Shown: positions 54,013 through 64,000 of the stretch, in pieces
Layout: the number at the start of each line of letters is the position of its first letter
Numbering within the stretch: the first letter of the stretch is position 1
Virus record (IMG/VR): IMGVR_UViG_3300013114_000583
Coordinates: 75,835 to 139,834 of that record
Strand: one strand, 5' to 3'
Length of the DNA stretch: 64,000 nucleotides
Source of the DNA: a virus
Notes under the pieces: model-generated
Database searches by the model: none
Seen by the model: only the letters and a program-made list of their open reading frames with translations
Told to the model about the DNA's origin: nothing
Translations under genes and position numbers: made by a program

Positions 54013-55212
54013 CTAAATGTCCAGCTTTAATTTGAAAGTATAGTCTCGTCCTTTTATTTTTTTAACAGGTGTGGCCAAATTTGCTACTGCAAGAAGATTT
54101 CGATGCATATCATAAATTCCTATTTTAGATATGTACACTATATCATCAAAGTTTTCCTCATAGTTTTTATAATGCGACTTCACAGTATTTTTAATTTTAA
54201 CTGAGGGGTAAATAACACTATTGTTTACTATATCAACTCGCTTCCCGGTGGCGGCCTTTTCTACAAACGTCGGGTTTGACGATATATTGAACTCTGTTTT
54301 TTTAGCGTGGGCAAACATAGTTAATGTCGGTATCGGATTAACTCCTTTGAAATCAATAGAATAACTTGCCGAAGGTATATTCACGTTAGGTGTTTCACCA
54401 TCAGGATCTCGAAGACCAACAGCGAAGTTAACCCATTTTGGTGTAACAGCTGAAGCGTTTCCATCATATTCTTCTGTTTCGGCGTGCAAATCCCACGAAC
54501 CAGTAAGCATCACAAACCCGTGATCATATAAAACGACACCAGCAACTTGATTTATATTGGGGCCGGTGGTTTCAATCAGCTCGCCATCCCCTTTGGTATC
54601 ATTTAATTCAGCTACCAGTGTTCCACTAAGATAAAACCCCAGCTTAACAGATGTTTTTTTAATGGAGTTTCCAAAGAAAATTGATGGTATAGATATCAAA
54701 TTTAATTCTTGCGTTCCCTTGTGCCAAACATTATTATTAAAATTACAGTCATATAAGAAGTGTGGTGACATGCGAGAATAATATCCCAAAGTATTTCTTA
54801 AAGATGTAATATATTTTTTATTCTTGTTAACGGTGAGTTGAGAATCTGCATACAATTCTGTAAAAGTAAATTTACCAAATTCGGTGCCGGCCGGAATTTG
54901 AACCCGACTTATGCTGGCTGTCATGGGGTAGGAACCCTGTATGACATCCCCATAATTAAATTGGCTACTTGCCGCGAACGGGGAACTAGAAATAGTAGAA
55001 AATGCTCCACGGGTGCTAGCTTTTGTTATAAATGGGTATATTTTGTCAGAAGTTCTGTTAACGTTTAGTTCATATAAATCTACATGACCTTCCGGAGTAT
55101 CGTTCAAGCCAGTCTGGTTTCTGTAATAAACATTATTTTGATAAATTAGAAACTTTTGACTCGGATAAGCCTCAAGAACATTAAAAAGTATGTCCTTTTT
55201 TCTAAAAATCAT
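54013..55212 (-). CDS. Virion structural protein (baseplate/fibre-attachment family)
   Basis: C-terminal 'EFNISSNPTF..YISKIGIYD..NLLAVANLATPVKK..FKLKLDI'; paralogous to the next gene. Confidence 0.6.
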   Translation of the reverse strand: MIFRKKDILFNVLEAYPSQKFLIYQNNVYYRNQTGLNDTPEGHVDLYELNVNRTSDKIYPFITKASTRGAFSTISSSPFAASSQFNYGDVIQGSYPMTASISRVQIPAGTEFGKFTFTELYADSQLTVNKNKKYITSLRNTLGYYSRMSPHFLYDCNFNNNVWHKGTQELNLISIPSIFFGNSIKKTSVKLGFYLSGTLVAELNDTKGDGELIETTGPNINQVAGVVLYDHGFVMLTGSWDLHAETEEYDGNASAVTPKWVNFAVGLRDPDGETPNVNIPSASYSIDFKGVNPIPTLTMFAHAKKTEFNISSNPTFVEKAATGKRVDIVNNSVIYPSVKIKNTVKSHYKNYEENFDDIVYISKIGIYDMHRNLLAVANLATPVKKIKGRDYTFKLKLDI

Positions 55213-55215
55213 TTT

Positions 55216-56412
55216 TTAATAGTCCAGACGAACCCTTAATGTTACCTCATTAGTTGGGTCTTTTCTTATTGGCTCTGATAACTTAGCAACAGCCATTAGC
55301 TCGTTGTTAGCTGAATACAAACCAACAGTCGTGACATAGGACCTTGGTAAATCTTGAGCTGTATTCTTAACTCTTATTTTGCTTCCATTCAAATATGTTC
55401 GATTTGCAGAATAGTTAAATTCATTATGATTGGCGCGACAGAAGTAAACCATAGAATTTAATTCCGTTGTGTTGTTAAAGGTCAAATTTAGTATTCTGCT
55501 TCGCATAAAATTGGAAGCATGATCAATGGTGCTACCGGTCATTAAATCTTGAAAACTATGCAGATGCATTGCTGTCCCATCTCCAGTAGCATACATTCCG
55601 TACTTTGGTGAGTGATCCACGGCCGGGTCGGCATTCACCGTTCCGGTTAGGATACCGGGACCCCCATCTTCAAACAGGGTGCTGGCGTCTCTCAGCGCAA
55701 ATATTGAACTTGTCAATACAGCGACGCCGGCTTGATAATATAGGAGACCCACCCTAGTACTCAGGTCTGCGAGTCGGCTTCCTTCAGAGTCTGCCTTTCC
55801 GCCATATAAAACCGCATATTCGCCAGCCGTACTTGTGAAATAATCGTCAGAGGCACCCACATCTGTAATAGATAGAACATCAGTTGCGACATCATCCAAA
55901 GAGAGTGTAGTTTGAACATCTAGATCCAGCCTAAATGATCCTTTTTTGATTTCATCTTTTGTCAAAAGCCTGGTCAAAGATATAAAGATGCAATCCTCAA
56001 GCTTGATATCTCCTGCTTCATTCGTTATTCTCCCATCTTGATCAAACTTTGCAATATTGTTATCTTTATCGTAACCCTGTAAAACTTGAGCCATTTGAGC
56101 ATACATATTTAATTTCTTATCTTCCTGCTCATGAGCTACAATTGGAGCTGCGACATCAACAATTCTTGTGGTAAATCCAACAGAAATATCTAATATATGA
56201 TTGGCTGAGGAGCTCAGATAAGGATAATCATAAACACTCTGAAACATGCCATGAGAATACGTCTTAATATTGGTTTCGGATCCTGCGGCGACTGTGTTCC
56301 CACCATAAGTTCCTGATAAAATCGTTCCCGTTATTGGTATGTATTCGTGTAATAAGGTTCGGGTTGATGCCTTATCTGAATCTAGTAAAGTTTTATATAC
56401 TGATGTGGCCAT
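55216..56412 (-). CDS. Virion structural protein (baseplate/fibre-attachment family)
   Basis: C-terminal 'EFNYSANRTY..YVTTVGLYSANNELMAVAKLSEPIRKD..LRVRLDY'. Confidence 0.6.
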   Translation of the reverse strand: MATSVYKTLLDSDKASTRTLLHEYIPITGTILSGTYGGNTVAAGSETNIKTYSHGMFQSVYDYPYLSSSANHILDISVGFTTRIVDVAAPIVAHEQEDKKLNMYAQMAQVLQGYDKDNNIAKFDQDGRITNEAGDIKLEDCIFISLTRLLTKDEIKKGSFRLDLDVQTTLSLDDVATDVLSITDVGASDDYFTSTAGEYAVLYGGKADSEGSRLADLSTRVGLLYYQAGVAVLTSSIFALRDASTLFEDGGPGILTGTVNADPAVDHSPKYGMYATGDGTAMHLHSFQDLMTGSTIDHASNFMRSRILNLTFNNTTELNSMVYFCRANHNEFNYSANRTYLNGSKIRVKNTAQDLPRSYVTTVGLYSANNELMAVAKLSEPIRKDPTNEVTLRVRLDY

Positions 56413-56428
56413 TCTAAATCTCCATTAA

Positions 56429-57667
56429 TTAGGCTTTCTTAACAAATCTAACAGGAATGTCTACTGTGTATCCAGTGGTGATTCCTGTTACAGTCACCAC
56501 TGTGTCAATGTACTTAACTTCAATTTTTGCGATGTTCCCGGTGTCGTCTATAACAGGAGTGCCTATGCCATCGATCTGGGCCTTAAAATTATTCCGAGCC
56601 AAGAAGAGAGTATTGGTACCAAATAAATCGTTGCTTGCGCTCAGCGTATCCTGGACCTTGATGGTAAACATAAGGCGCGAGCCGACAGGACCATCTTGAA
56701 ATACTTGTCTATCATACCAATTACTAGTTGCTGTGGACAGGCCGGCAGTCAAATTTTCAGCGGTTGGGTTTTGATTGAAAGAATCCATTATATTTAGTTG
56801 AACCATGTCAGTATTTTGATTCGTGATATAGTAAGCAGCTATGTGATCATCATCGACAAAAGCATAAGACATAGGCGTTCTTACCCCAGTAATGCGGCCG
56901 TTCTCTTCTGCGCCGACGACATCGAGGTGGGTTATATCTGATAGGCCATTGTCAGCCCTGTGTCGCTTAATCGACGCCGGGTTAACCGCTATTTTACCAT
57001 ACCTGTGATCTATTCTAATTAAAAAAGCTGTTTCTCTGAGCTCTGGAGGGAAAGTGCTTAGCAAACTTAAACCTTCTTGTGTTCCGCCAATGCCCTGGTC
57101 AACACAAATAAATGTCCTATTTGTGTCTCTGTCCGAATCAAAACCCAGAATAAGCCCATCCGGATATGCCTTATGATCCCTTAGGAGCTCGATGCCATCC
57201 GCGGTATGGTGTCTAAACAAATCTTCAGTATCTGAATCACAAGTAACTAAAAAATAACCTTTGTGCTTCGAGTTCGGGCTCACAGCACTAGTAAATGAAC
57301 TTGAAAATCTGCGCGCAGCACTATTGGTATTTAGATTTGCCCCAACCTCATCTTCTGTGTCGCCCCATTTTTCGTTTAATTTAAAAGTAGGTAAATATAA
57401 AAAGTTATTATTACTTAGTGTCATCAGTTTAGATGACATCGTAGAAGTATTGTTAGTGAAGGCTTCTAAAATTGGTGTCTGCATTATTTGCAAATCATAA
57501 AAGGCCGAGCCACTAGGGTGGACATTATTAAAAAGCTCATAATTTATTTCTTCATCACTAAATGCATACTTAGCAATGTTGAATTTTCCTTCTGCCATCC
57601 TTTTGCGGCCTGCATCTGTTAAGACCGCATCTAATACTATATCACCTGAATTATCTAAAAACGCCAT
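56429..57667 (-). CDS. Virion structural protein
   Basis: N-terminal 'MAFLDNSGDIVLDAVLTDAGRKRMAEG..KYAFSDEEINY' resembles the LTxxGR fibre/baseplate attachment N-terminus. Confidence 0.6.
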   Translation of the reverse strand: MAFLDNSGDIVLDAVLTDAGRKRMAEGKFNIAKYAFSDEEINYELFNNVHPSGSAFYDLQIMQTPILEAFTNNTSTMSSKLMTLSNNNFLYLPTFKLNEKWGDTEDEVGANLNTNSAARRFSSSFTSAVSPNSKHKGYFLVTCDSDTEDLFRHHTADGIELLRDHKAYPDGLILGFDSDRDTNRTFICVDQGIGGTQEGLSLLSTFPPELRETAFLIRIDHRYGKIAVNPASIKRHRADNGLSDITHLDVVGAEENGRITGVRTPMSYAFVDDDHIAAYYITNQNTDMVQLNIMDSFNQNPTAENLTAGLSTATSNWYDRQVFQDGPVGSRLMFTIKVQDTLSASNDLFGTNTLFLARNNFKAQIDGIGTPVIDDTGNIAKIEVKYIDTVVTVTGITTGYTVDIPVRFVKKA

Positions 57668-57699
57668 ATTACATAATACTCCTTATATAATTATACACA

Positions 57700-57707
57700 A
57701 TAAATAG
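57700..57707 (-). promoter_or_regulatory. Putative late promoter motif CTATTTAT
   Basis: Intergenic, upstream of the 412-aa gene. Confidence 0.55.
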
Positions 57708-57755
57708 TTTGTTTTAAGCAAATCAGTACTTTAATGTAAAGATTTTCTAATGCCA

Positions 57756-60700
57756 CTATAATTCTTCGGGCCCGTCCCAACCGTTACCATATCCATTGCC
57801 GCCCTGGCCTTGAGGGCTGAACCCATTATTTCGTCGGGTTCCCTCCGGTGGTGCGAATTCCTCATCAGGTTCCGCTTCGCCTGGGCGTGTTACGGGTCGT
57901 TTTCCCGGGGTACGGGCCCCGAACTCCTCGGCTACTCTTTCTGCTTCTTCTAATTCCTCAGGAGAAGGAAGGTTCTCATCGGGTATCTCGTGGCGTCGGC
58001 GACGGGCAACCTCTTCAACCTCCGCGGTCACCACCGGAAGGGGAGCGGGGGCCGGAGGGTCATCCTCGACACACACACCACCTACACAACTGGCGATCGC
58101 AAGACAATCATTGTCCTCGATGCAGGTTCCTGGCGCTAGATTTATGATTGGCGGCTCCGCCTCGGGCGGTGGCGGTGGTGGAGGCTCCGGTTCACAGATC
58201 CCACCCTGGCCGCGGATTGGTCGGTCTGCAGGGCAAACACATTGGGCGCGCCCAGCGTCCCAAATCTCACCCAGGGCCGGCCGGCACGAAACCCGGCAGC
58301 CGCAGTCCTCAACATTTCGCTGATGGCCAACATCACAGTCTGCAATACAATCGCCCCTGCAAGGAGAATAGCCTTCTCTGCACTTACAATACAACACTAA
58401 TCTCAAATTAGATTGATTGGTGTGCCACCGCACTTGATCCAGGCCCCCTCCAAATCGACGATGAACATAATATCCAACAGCAAGTTCAGAATTCGCAGGA
58501 CAATTGTCCACAATGCAAGCGCCTTCGAGGCCGCCGCGGTTACTATATCGGTTATATAAGTCGCGTGCGTAATCGTACTGGGCAGTGCCCATGGTTCGCA
58601 GGGCCTTGCCGAGTGTGAGGTTTTGAGCGATATCACCCACAGGAAGAGCAGAGCGTACGCGTGACTTAGTTATAAATCTCTTAGCTGGCCAGACGACGTG
58701 ATGATTCCAAGGTACACTTTCTGGGCATTCGCACCGGCGTTGATCAACATTCAAAGTATCAGCCGCAACCACAGAAATTCGAGTGCCGGGGACCCCAAGT
58801 TGTGCAACAGAAGTATCCTCGTCATAGGGCATTCCATAAATCAAGTCCAACTCTTGTTGTTGACTTGGTGTAAGAAAAAATCCAGTTACACCATCCCCGT
58901 GATTACTATACCACTGACGAGTGCGTGCGGAACGTTCAGCATCAGTCATCGGTCGTTGGCCAAGGCCACTACTAGTGGTGCGAGCAATCAGCTCGTCGTA
59001 GTGCTTGAAAACAGCTAATTTATAAGAAGAGGCCTCATATGAACCACATAATCGCATGTTTATCTCGTCTACTGAGCCAGTCCCCATCTGTTCGGGGGTG
59101 GTGTAAAGAGGGTTATCGCGGCGGTCGACGGATGCGCCAAGCAGCACTTGATCAAAGCACAACTCCTCGGCAGCTTCGCGGGGATGATCATCCGGGAGAG
59201 GTGCCGGCGGTGGTGGCGGGAGAACAGTGACCTCGAAAGAGTAATCAACATCTATCTTTCTACCTGTTGAATTAGACTTCAAACTTAGGCGATATTCTTT
59301 ATCCCAGATGTTAGGAGTATCACCAGTCGATGTAATAAGGCTCTCTGGAGATAGGCCTGAAATCTGAGGGGCGGTAGGCTTTAAAGAAATGGCTCTCTTG
59401 AATGTTACTTCTTTCACTACTTCCTCTTCAGGAAATTTGTATTCTTCTAAAACAAAATAAACACCATCCTCATATTTAACCACCTGCATATAAAAAACTT
59501 CACTAGGAAGTGAGATACCTGCATCGTCGATGGCTCTAACACATATATAATATTCACAATTTGGCATAATTTCTATGTCCTTGTGAAGATTTCCCGACGT
59601 CTGTAATAAATCACCAAAGAGACGCCTGTTTGCAGAAGAGAACCTAAATATATCCCGTGGGGGTTCGTCCGGGTTTTCTAATATCAATAGTTCATATTCA
59701 GTTGGAATGCTGTCTCCCGAAAATTCTATGGGTGAATCCAAAGAAAGATCTTGCACTTCGTGCATTCTTCGAATCGTTCTTTGGTCTTCTCCAAACAAGG
59801 CCACGGGGAGTGCTTTTGTTTTTCCTCCAGTCGGTGTCACGTTAACCAAAACTCGGTTATACACATCTTTGTAGGGCACAATTTCTACCTGAGGTGGCAT
59901 AGGAGGCAAATCAGTAGCATATATTTCCTTTTTATAATAAGGGACTTCAATAAAAGCAATAGATGGTTTTGAACGAACCTTTGTCCTTAGCGCTTTATGC
60001 ATCCATCGTTTGCCGAGTTGAGCGGCTATTGCGTTATCTTGCAGGCCTTCTTTGATTTCTCCAACAAGTGCGTCGCCGATGGCGGCGGAAGCATCGGAGG
60101 CAGCCCTCTCTCTAGAGAATTCATCAATGAAATTAAAATTGTCGCCATCATCCAAAAAAGTATAATTAACAAAGTTTAACGCATTATTCGGATCTGATTC
60201 TGCCTGAACATGCTGTGACATCAAATTATAATAATATTCCGACCCAAATACACAATTTATGGCTTTTATAATATAAGTGTATCTTTTATTATACCTAAAC
60301 TGATTGTCCAAAAAATTTATCTCTGTCACGTCAGAAGAATCAAAAAAATAAAACTTTTGAACCAGCTTTTTAGATCCAAGATCATGTTCATATTTTTCAA
60401 TTACATAACCAATTGTTTCTGAATATGCCAGTTCTCCATTGACAATATCGGAATAAGTCCTCATATATCTTTTTTCTTTTCCTAGTACTCCAGAACCGTC
60501 CTCATATGAGTCGAAAGGAAGAGATGTAATCTTTGCATCGAATATGTCTCTATTAAATTTATTATATATCGTGGAAAATTCCGGGGGCGCGCCCTGGTCA
60601 AGTTCTAAAGTTCCTGTACCTAATGGGAACATAGATTCAGCGAACGGGCCATTATTAGCTCGAAGGTTTTCCATAAAATTTTTAAAAGTGCATATCCTCA

Positions 60701-62678
60701 TTTCAGTAGACGGATTAAACTTCACATTATCAATGGGCCCAGCAGAATTCCAAGGCTTTGTGGCTTGATTGTATCTCTGGCCCATATACCTTGCTTTCGT
60801 GCTATCCTCGTTGCCTAAGGTAGCGCTTTGATTTAAAAATTCAGAAAAAGTCTTTATACCAAAGCAACTATATCCTCCCAAATCCTGAGCCATTATTAAA
60901 GGATTAATATCTGCTTCTTCAAAATCGCTGCCATAACGAGTCAAAGCGGTTGTCATTCTATTTTCAGTTTGGTCGTCGATATCAGAATAATTCATGAATT
61001 TCTCTCTTTGATCCAGAAAAAACTTATCCATATTATACTGTTTAAAAAGGTCTGATACATTATTTAACTGTGTCGTTTGAAATCTAATCTGTGCAGTAAT
61101 AGGAAAGAGGTTTTTATATTCTTCTGTGACCTTGTTCATTTCTTTAATGTTATTCGCTGTAAATTTTAATATCTTATCTGTCGGTTTTTCTCCAATGCAA
61201 TTTGGGTCTGGCCTCTTGCGACTTCGATAAATTCTGTAACAGCTTGGAATCTTAAGCATTTTTTCAGTTGCAGTGCTGTATAACCTTGGGCCACCGCGCT
61301 GATATATTTGCGCAGAGGGTCGGCCAGATTCTTTAAACTCTTCCGAAAAATAATTTCGATGAACCTGAATGTCAGCCGTCAACGCTGAATTGAAATTCAT
61401 TTTTTTTAGCTCTTCTTCGAAAAACGGCATTTGAGTTTTGTGTGCATAATCAAAATATGTTTTAGGGTGTGTAATAAGGCCGTTACCATGAGGGTTAGGA
61501 ATTTCAATTGTTTGAGAGCCAAAAACACCGTCAAGAAAATATCTTGATTCAATAATATCCCTAACTTTTTCTGCATCAGTGGCCATGGCTTCAATCTCTG
61601 CCCTAGTGGCTGGGATTAATAAGCCTGTCTCATAAGTTTCATTCGGGTTTGAGGGGTGTGGCAAAACCTGTTTTGTGACAGAGTGGTCCTGCTTATCCGA
61701 ACCAAACAATAAAAGCTTTAGATACTTCTTTAGCGCTTCGTCGGCGGCGGCTCCATTGCTTTCTACGAATCTCTGACTCGAAACAGAAGATAAATAAGCT
61801 CCCCCCAAGTGCAGAAATATGTCTTCCTCTAGCCAACTAACGCCGCGGGATCGTACATTTTTTACTAAAGGTTCATTGGGAAGAGCTTGGTTGGCCTCCA
61901 TTCTTACAGAAAACCTATTTCCAAAATATGCGCTATGCTGAGCCATGGATTGAGTGCCTAATTTAAACACTTCTTTACACTCTTCGTTCGCAGCGGAGCA
62001 ATTGGGTTGCCGGTTAAGAATGGTGGAGCCCTCATGAAAATACCAGGCGCGACCGGTGGTGGCGCGTAGGGGATCAAAAAAATTTCTGTGCATAGAATTT
62101 CTAGGGTCTTGAAACATAGAAGAAACCCCAGGCAAACCAAGAAATGTGAAAAAGTTGGTATCATAATTGTCCCACCTGGCGGCGCGGGTGCGGTTCGCAT
62201 CTATAAACTCAGCGAACAATTCTTCTAATACACTGTCCCTAGTTTTGTTCCTAGTGAACTCATACATCCTTCTGTCATATATTTGATAAGCTATTCCAAG
62301 ATTTGTTACGATTTTTTCTCTCGATGCCTCCTTAATATTCTCGCCCATATATGAAATTTCTTGCACAGGAAAAGGAAGCTCGTCTTCTGAAACATCTTCA
62401 AATATTTCAGCTGCTTCGTCCGAAAATAGCGATCCATAAGCACTAGAATGATCCGCTGCGAATGCTAAATTAGCATTGGCTCCGCCTGCGCCGTCGCCGG
62501 CTGCACCAGGAGGATCGCCTTCTCCGCCAGCGTCAGCATCGCCAGGGCCCCCGTCAGGGCCGGCTTCACCATCAACACCTTCTTCTCCTTCCGCAGGGCC
62601 CTCTTCACCTTCTGGGTCGTCTGCATCAGGAGGGCGATAACATGGATGGCCTGGGCGATACTCAAATCGTGAAGTCAT
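57756..62678 (-). CDS. Very large putative structural protein with an FN3-like domain and Cys-rich EGF-like C-terminal modules
   Basis: Likely start ATG 62678 after GGAGAGGTGG (ORF track 62729); 'PPMPPQVEI..YYICVRAIDDAG.S.PS' is FN3-like; many CxC/CxxxC modules and poly-Pro near the C-terminus. Confidence 0.65.
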   Translation of the reverse strand: MTSRFEYRPGHPCYRPPDADDPEGEEGPAEGEEGVDGEAGPDGGPGDADAGGEGDPPGAAGDGAGGANANLAFAADHSSAYGSLFSDEAAEIFEDVSEDELPFPVQEISYMGENIKEASREKIVTNLGIAYQIYDRRMYEFTRNKTRDSVLEELFAEFIDANRTRAARWDNYDTNFFTFLGLPGVSSMFQDPRNSMHRNFFDPLRATTGRAWYFHEGSTILNRQPNCSAANEECKEVFKLGTQSMAQHSAYFGNRFSVRMEANQALPNEPLVKNVRSRGVSWLEEDIFLHLGGAYLSSVSSQRFVESNGAAADEALKKYLKLLLFGSDKQDHSVTKQVLPHPSNPNETYETGLLIPATRAEIEAMATDAEKVRDIIESRYFLDGVFGSQTIEIPNPHGNGLITHPKTYFDYAHKTQMPFFEEELKKMNFNSALTADIQVHRNYFSEEFKESGRPSAQIYQRGGPRLYSTATEKMLKIPSCYRIYRSRKRPDPNCIGEKPTDKILKFTANNIKEMNKVTEEYKNLFPITAQIRFQTTQLNNVSDLFKQYNMDKFFLDQREKFMNYSDIDDQTENRMTTALTRYGSDFEEADINPLIMAQDLGGYSCFGIKTFSEFLNQSATLGNEDSTKARYMGQRYNQATKPWNSAGPIDNVKFNPSTEMRICTFKNFMENLRANNGPFAESMFPLGTGTLELDQGAPPEFSTIYNKFNRDIFDAKITSLPFDSYEDGSGVLGKEKRYMRTYSDIVNGELAYSETIGYVIEKYEHDLGSKKLVQKFYFFDSSDVTEINFLDNQFRYNKRYTYIIKAINCVFGSEYYYNLMSQHVQAESDPNNALNFVNYTFLDDGDNFNFIDEFSRERAASDASAAIGDALVGEIKEGLQDNAIAAQLGKRWMHKALRTKVRSKPSIAFIEVPYYKKEIYATDLPPMPPQVEIVPYKDVYNRVLVNVTPTGGKTKALPVALFGEDQRTIRRMHEVQDLSLDSPIEFSGDSIPTEYELLILENPDEPPRDIFRFSSANRRLFGDLLQTSGNLHKDIEIMPNCEYYICVRAIDDAGISLPSEVFYMQVVKYEDGVYFVLEEYKFPEEEVVKEVTFKRAISLKPTAPQISGLSPESLITSTGDTPNIWDKEYRLSLKSNSTGRKIDVDYSFEVTVLPPPPPAPLPDDHPREAAEELCFDQVLLGASVDRRDNPLYTTPEQMGTGSVDEINMRLCGSYEASSYKLAVFKHYDELIARTTSSGLGQRPMTDAERSARTRQWYSNHGDGVTGFFLTPSQQQELDLIYGMPYDEDTSVAQLGVPGTRISVVAADTLNVDQRRCECPESVPWNHHVVWPAKRFITKSRVRSALPVGDIAQNLTLGKALRTMGTAQYDYARDLYNRYSNRGGLEGACIVDNCPANSELAVGYYVHRRFGGGLDQVRWHTNQSNLRLVLYCKCREGYSPCRGDCIADCDVGHQRNVEDCGCRVSCRPALGEIWDAGRAQCVCPADRPIRGQGGICEPEPPPPPPPEAEPPIINLAPGTCIEDNDCLAIASCVGGVCVEDDPPAPAPLPVVTAEVEEVARRRRHEIPDENLPSPEELEEAERVAEEFGARTPGKRPVTRPGEAEPDEEFAPPEGTRRNNGFSPQGQGGNGYGNGWDGPEEL

Positions 62679-64000
62679 AATCCACCTCTCCGGATGCTGT
62701 GTCGCCTGTAATAAGCAAAGCATTACCATATTGGTCTACGGCGCCGGCGACACTTTGCTTAGTTAAAACAGGCCTAGGTGATGCGCCTTGCCTGTCAGGC
62801 TCTCGACGATAATAAGTTACATGATTTACCGGGTCCACGCTTACTAGATTTGAATAGAATACTTTTTCTACTTCTATAGTCTCCACCTCCAGCGGATCTT
62901 CTTCTAGGTTTGACGTCCTATTTGTTAACCAACTTGTGCCAAACTCCATAAAGCTCTTTAACCTTCTGACTTCCTCTATAAACATACCTAGTGTCTTGGG
63001 ACCTGAAGTGGCGCTAACTCTAATGAAACCTTGAATATGTTCTTTCAATACCTCTTCCGGTTTTCGATCTGGATCCTCGATTAGGCCCGAAACACCATAA
63101 ATAATTATCATTAAATACAGATAATTATTTATACCAACGTTTATTGGCCCATCTACACGATTAATCCCTGAGTTAAAAGTAGAAGCGACGGAACTCCTCA
63201 CGAAATCCTCCGTATATAAATCCGTTTCTAAGTCCACAGAGCCAGGGTATTCTTGGTCCTCCTCTCTTATTCGATATTGCCCAAGGCCATATAAGCCAGC
63301 TGTCGTTTCTGTTTTCAGCCCGAAAGATGGGATAGTCGCAGTATTATAAAAATTTTCCAACTCTATCAGCATATCGTTTACTTTACCCAACATTTCTCGA
63401 AGTATTGGGCCAACAGGATCAAGGGCAGTAATTTTTGCAGAATAAAGAAAAGAACTATATGGGTTTTTCCTTACTGCGTCAAGAAGGTGGCCATCATTGA
63501 TTTCCACGTCTACACGAGCATGCTCAGAGACAAAAACAGCGAGGTCATCTTCTGTTTCCCATTGGAGGTCTTCTTTTTCTCCGGAACGCACAACCCTGTT
63601 ATTTTTATAATCTGGATCTAATTTTATGAAATCAACCCTTTCTTTAAAAACCCTAAGATCAATTATTTCCAAAGTAAGCATTTCTAAAAATTTACCATAT
63701 AATCCATTGCTGAGCCTCAGCGCATGGCTGGGCGTGAACAAGTCCTTGGCCAAATTATTTATAATTCTAAAGTATCTAGATTTAGCAAGAGCCAATTCTG
63801 GTCTTACCGTTAAGGTTAAATTTAAAGAATCGCCAACCTTCATCGTTAACGGGTGTTGACTCTCTAGTCTTCTTTGTAATTCATCGCGCGCGACAAGATG
63901 ACTAGTTGACAATAATTTACCGGCTGCCCAATCAGAATCTTGATTTCTCCTGGATTCTAAAACATTATCATCTAAGCCTTCAAAAACTGTATGAAAAAGG
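62662..64000 (-). CDS. Large hypothetical protein, 5' end outside the window
   Basis: The frame of the 416-aa ORF stays open from 63912 to the window edge (LFHTVFEGLDDNVLESRRNQDSDWAAGKL...). Confidence 0.65.
   Translation of the reverse strand, partial: LFHTVFEGLDDNVLESRRNQDSDWAAGKLLSTSHLVARDELQRRLESQHPLTMKVGDSLNLTLTVRPELALAKSRYFRIINNLAKDLFTPSHALRLSNGLYGKFLEMLTLEIIDLRVFKERVDFIKLDPDYKNNRVVRSGEKEDLQWETEDDLAVFVSEHARVDVEINDGHLLDAVRKNPYSSFLYSAKITALDPVGPILREMLGKVNDMLIELENFYNTATIPSFGLKTETTAGLYGLGQYRIREEDQEYPGSVDLETDLYTEDFVRSSVASTFNSGINRVDGPINVGINNYLYLMIIIYGVSGLIEDPDRKPEEVLKEHIQGFIRVSATSGPKTLGMFIEEVRRLKSFMEFGTSWLTNRTSNLEEDPLEVETIEVEKVFYSNLVSVDPVNHVTYYRREPDRQGASPRPVLTKQSVAGAVDQYGNALLITGDTASGEVDYDFTI

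Noticed and set aside
1217-63859. The many + strand ORFs in the track (e.g. 28880-29740, 36599-37168, 18979-19497)
   Set aside because: All are antisense shadows of well-supported minus-strand genes, with no RBS or recognisable motifs.
1-64000. Stop-codon reassignment, inteins/introns, tRNA genes
   Set aside because: TAA, TAG and TGA all end genes at tight junctions. RNR, helicase, terminase and RecA have normal lengths with no intein motifs. The intergenic gaps are short and show no cloverleaf by eye.

Overview
The window is a 64-kb piece of a large T4-like (contractile-tailed, probably jumbo) phage genome. All credible genes are on the minus strand, tightly packed and in standard genetic code. 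Reading in the direction of transcription (high to low coordinate), it begins with large baseplate/fibre-associated proteins, a J-domain protein, RuvC, primase, a fused Mre11-Rad50 (SbcD-SbcC) nuclease and a small membrane/lysis cassette. Next come the head genes: large terminase, portal, prohead protease, a phage-encoded ribosomal protein bS21, scaffold, a major capsid protein with a large insertion, and neck/tail-terminator gp13/14/15. The tail genes follow: a 1698-aa modular fibre, sheath, tube, a tail chaperone pair with a likely programmed frameshift, tape measure and baseplate hub/LysM proteins. The last block covers replication and nucleotide metabolism: a minimal family-A polymerase, a degenerate tubulin/FtsZ, gp32 SSB, RecA/UvsX, 5'-3' exonuclease, DnaB, class II RNR, GapR/DsbA-like and GroES-like proteins, and ThyX. 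After ThyX lie a myxobacterial-style Cys-rich vWA lipoprotein and two degenerate enzyme-fold genes. The most unusual non-coding element is a 19-nt tandem array (6.6 copies) in the leader of the fibre gene. On one strand it reads as repeated SD-ATG-AAT-TAA minigenes; on the mRNA strand it reads as repeated anti-Shine-Dalgarno sequences. A putative late-promoter motif CTA(A/T/G)TTA(T/C) recurs upstream of structural genes. All protein calls rest on motifs recognised by eye and on synteny; no database search was run.
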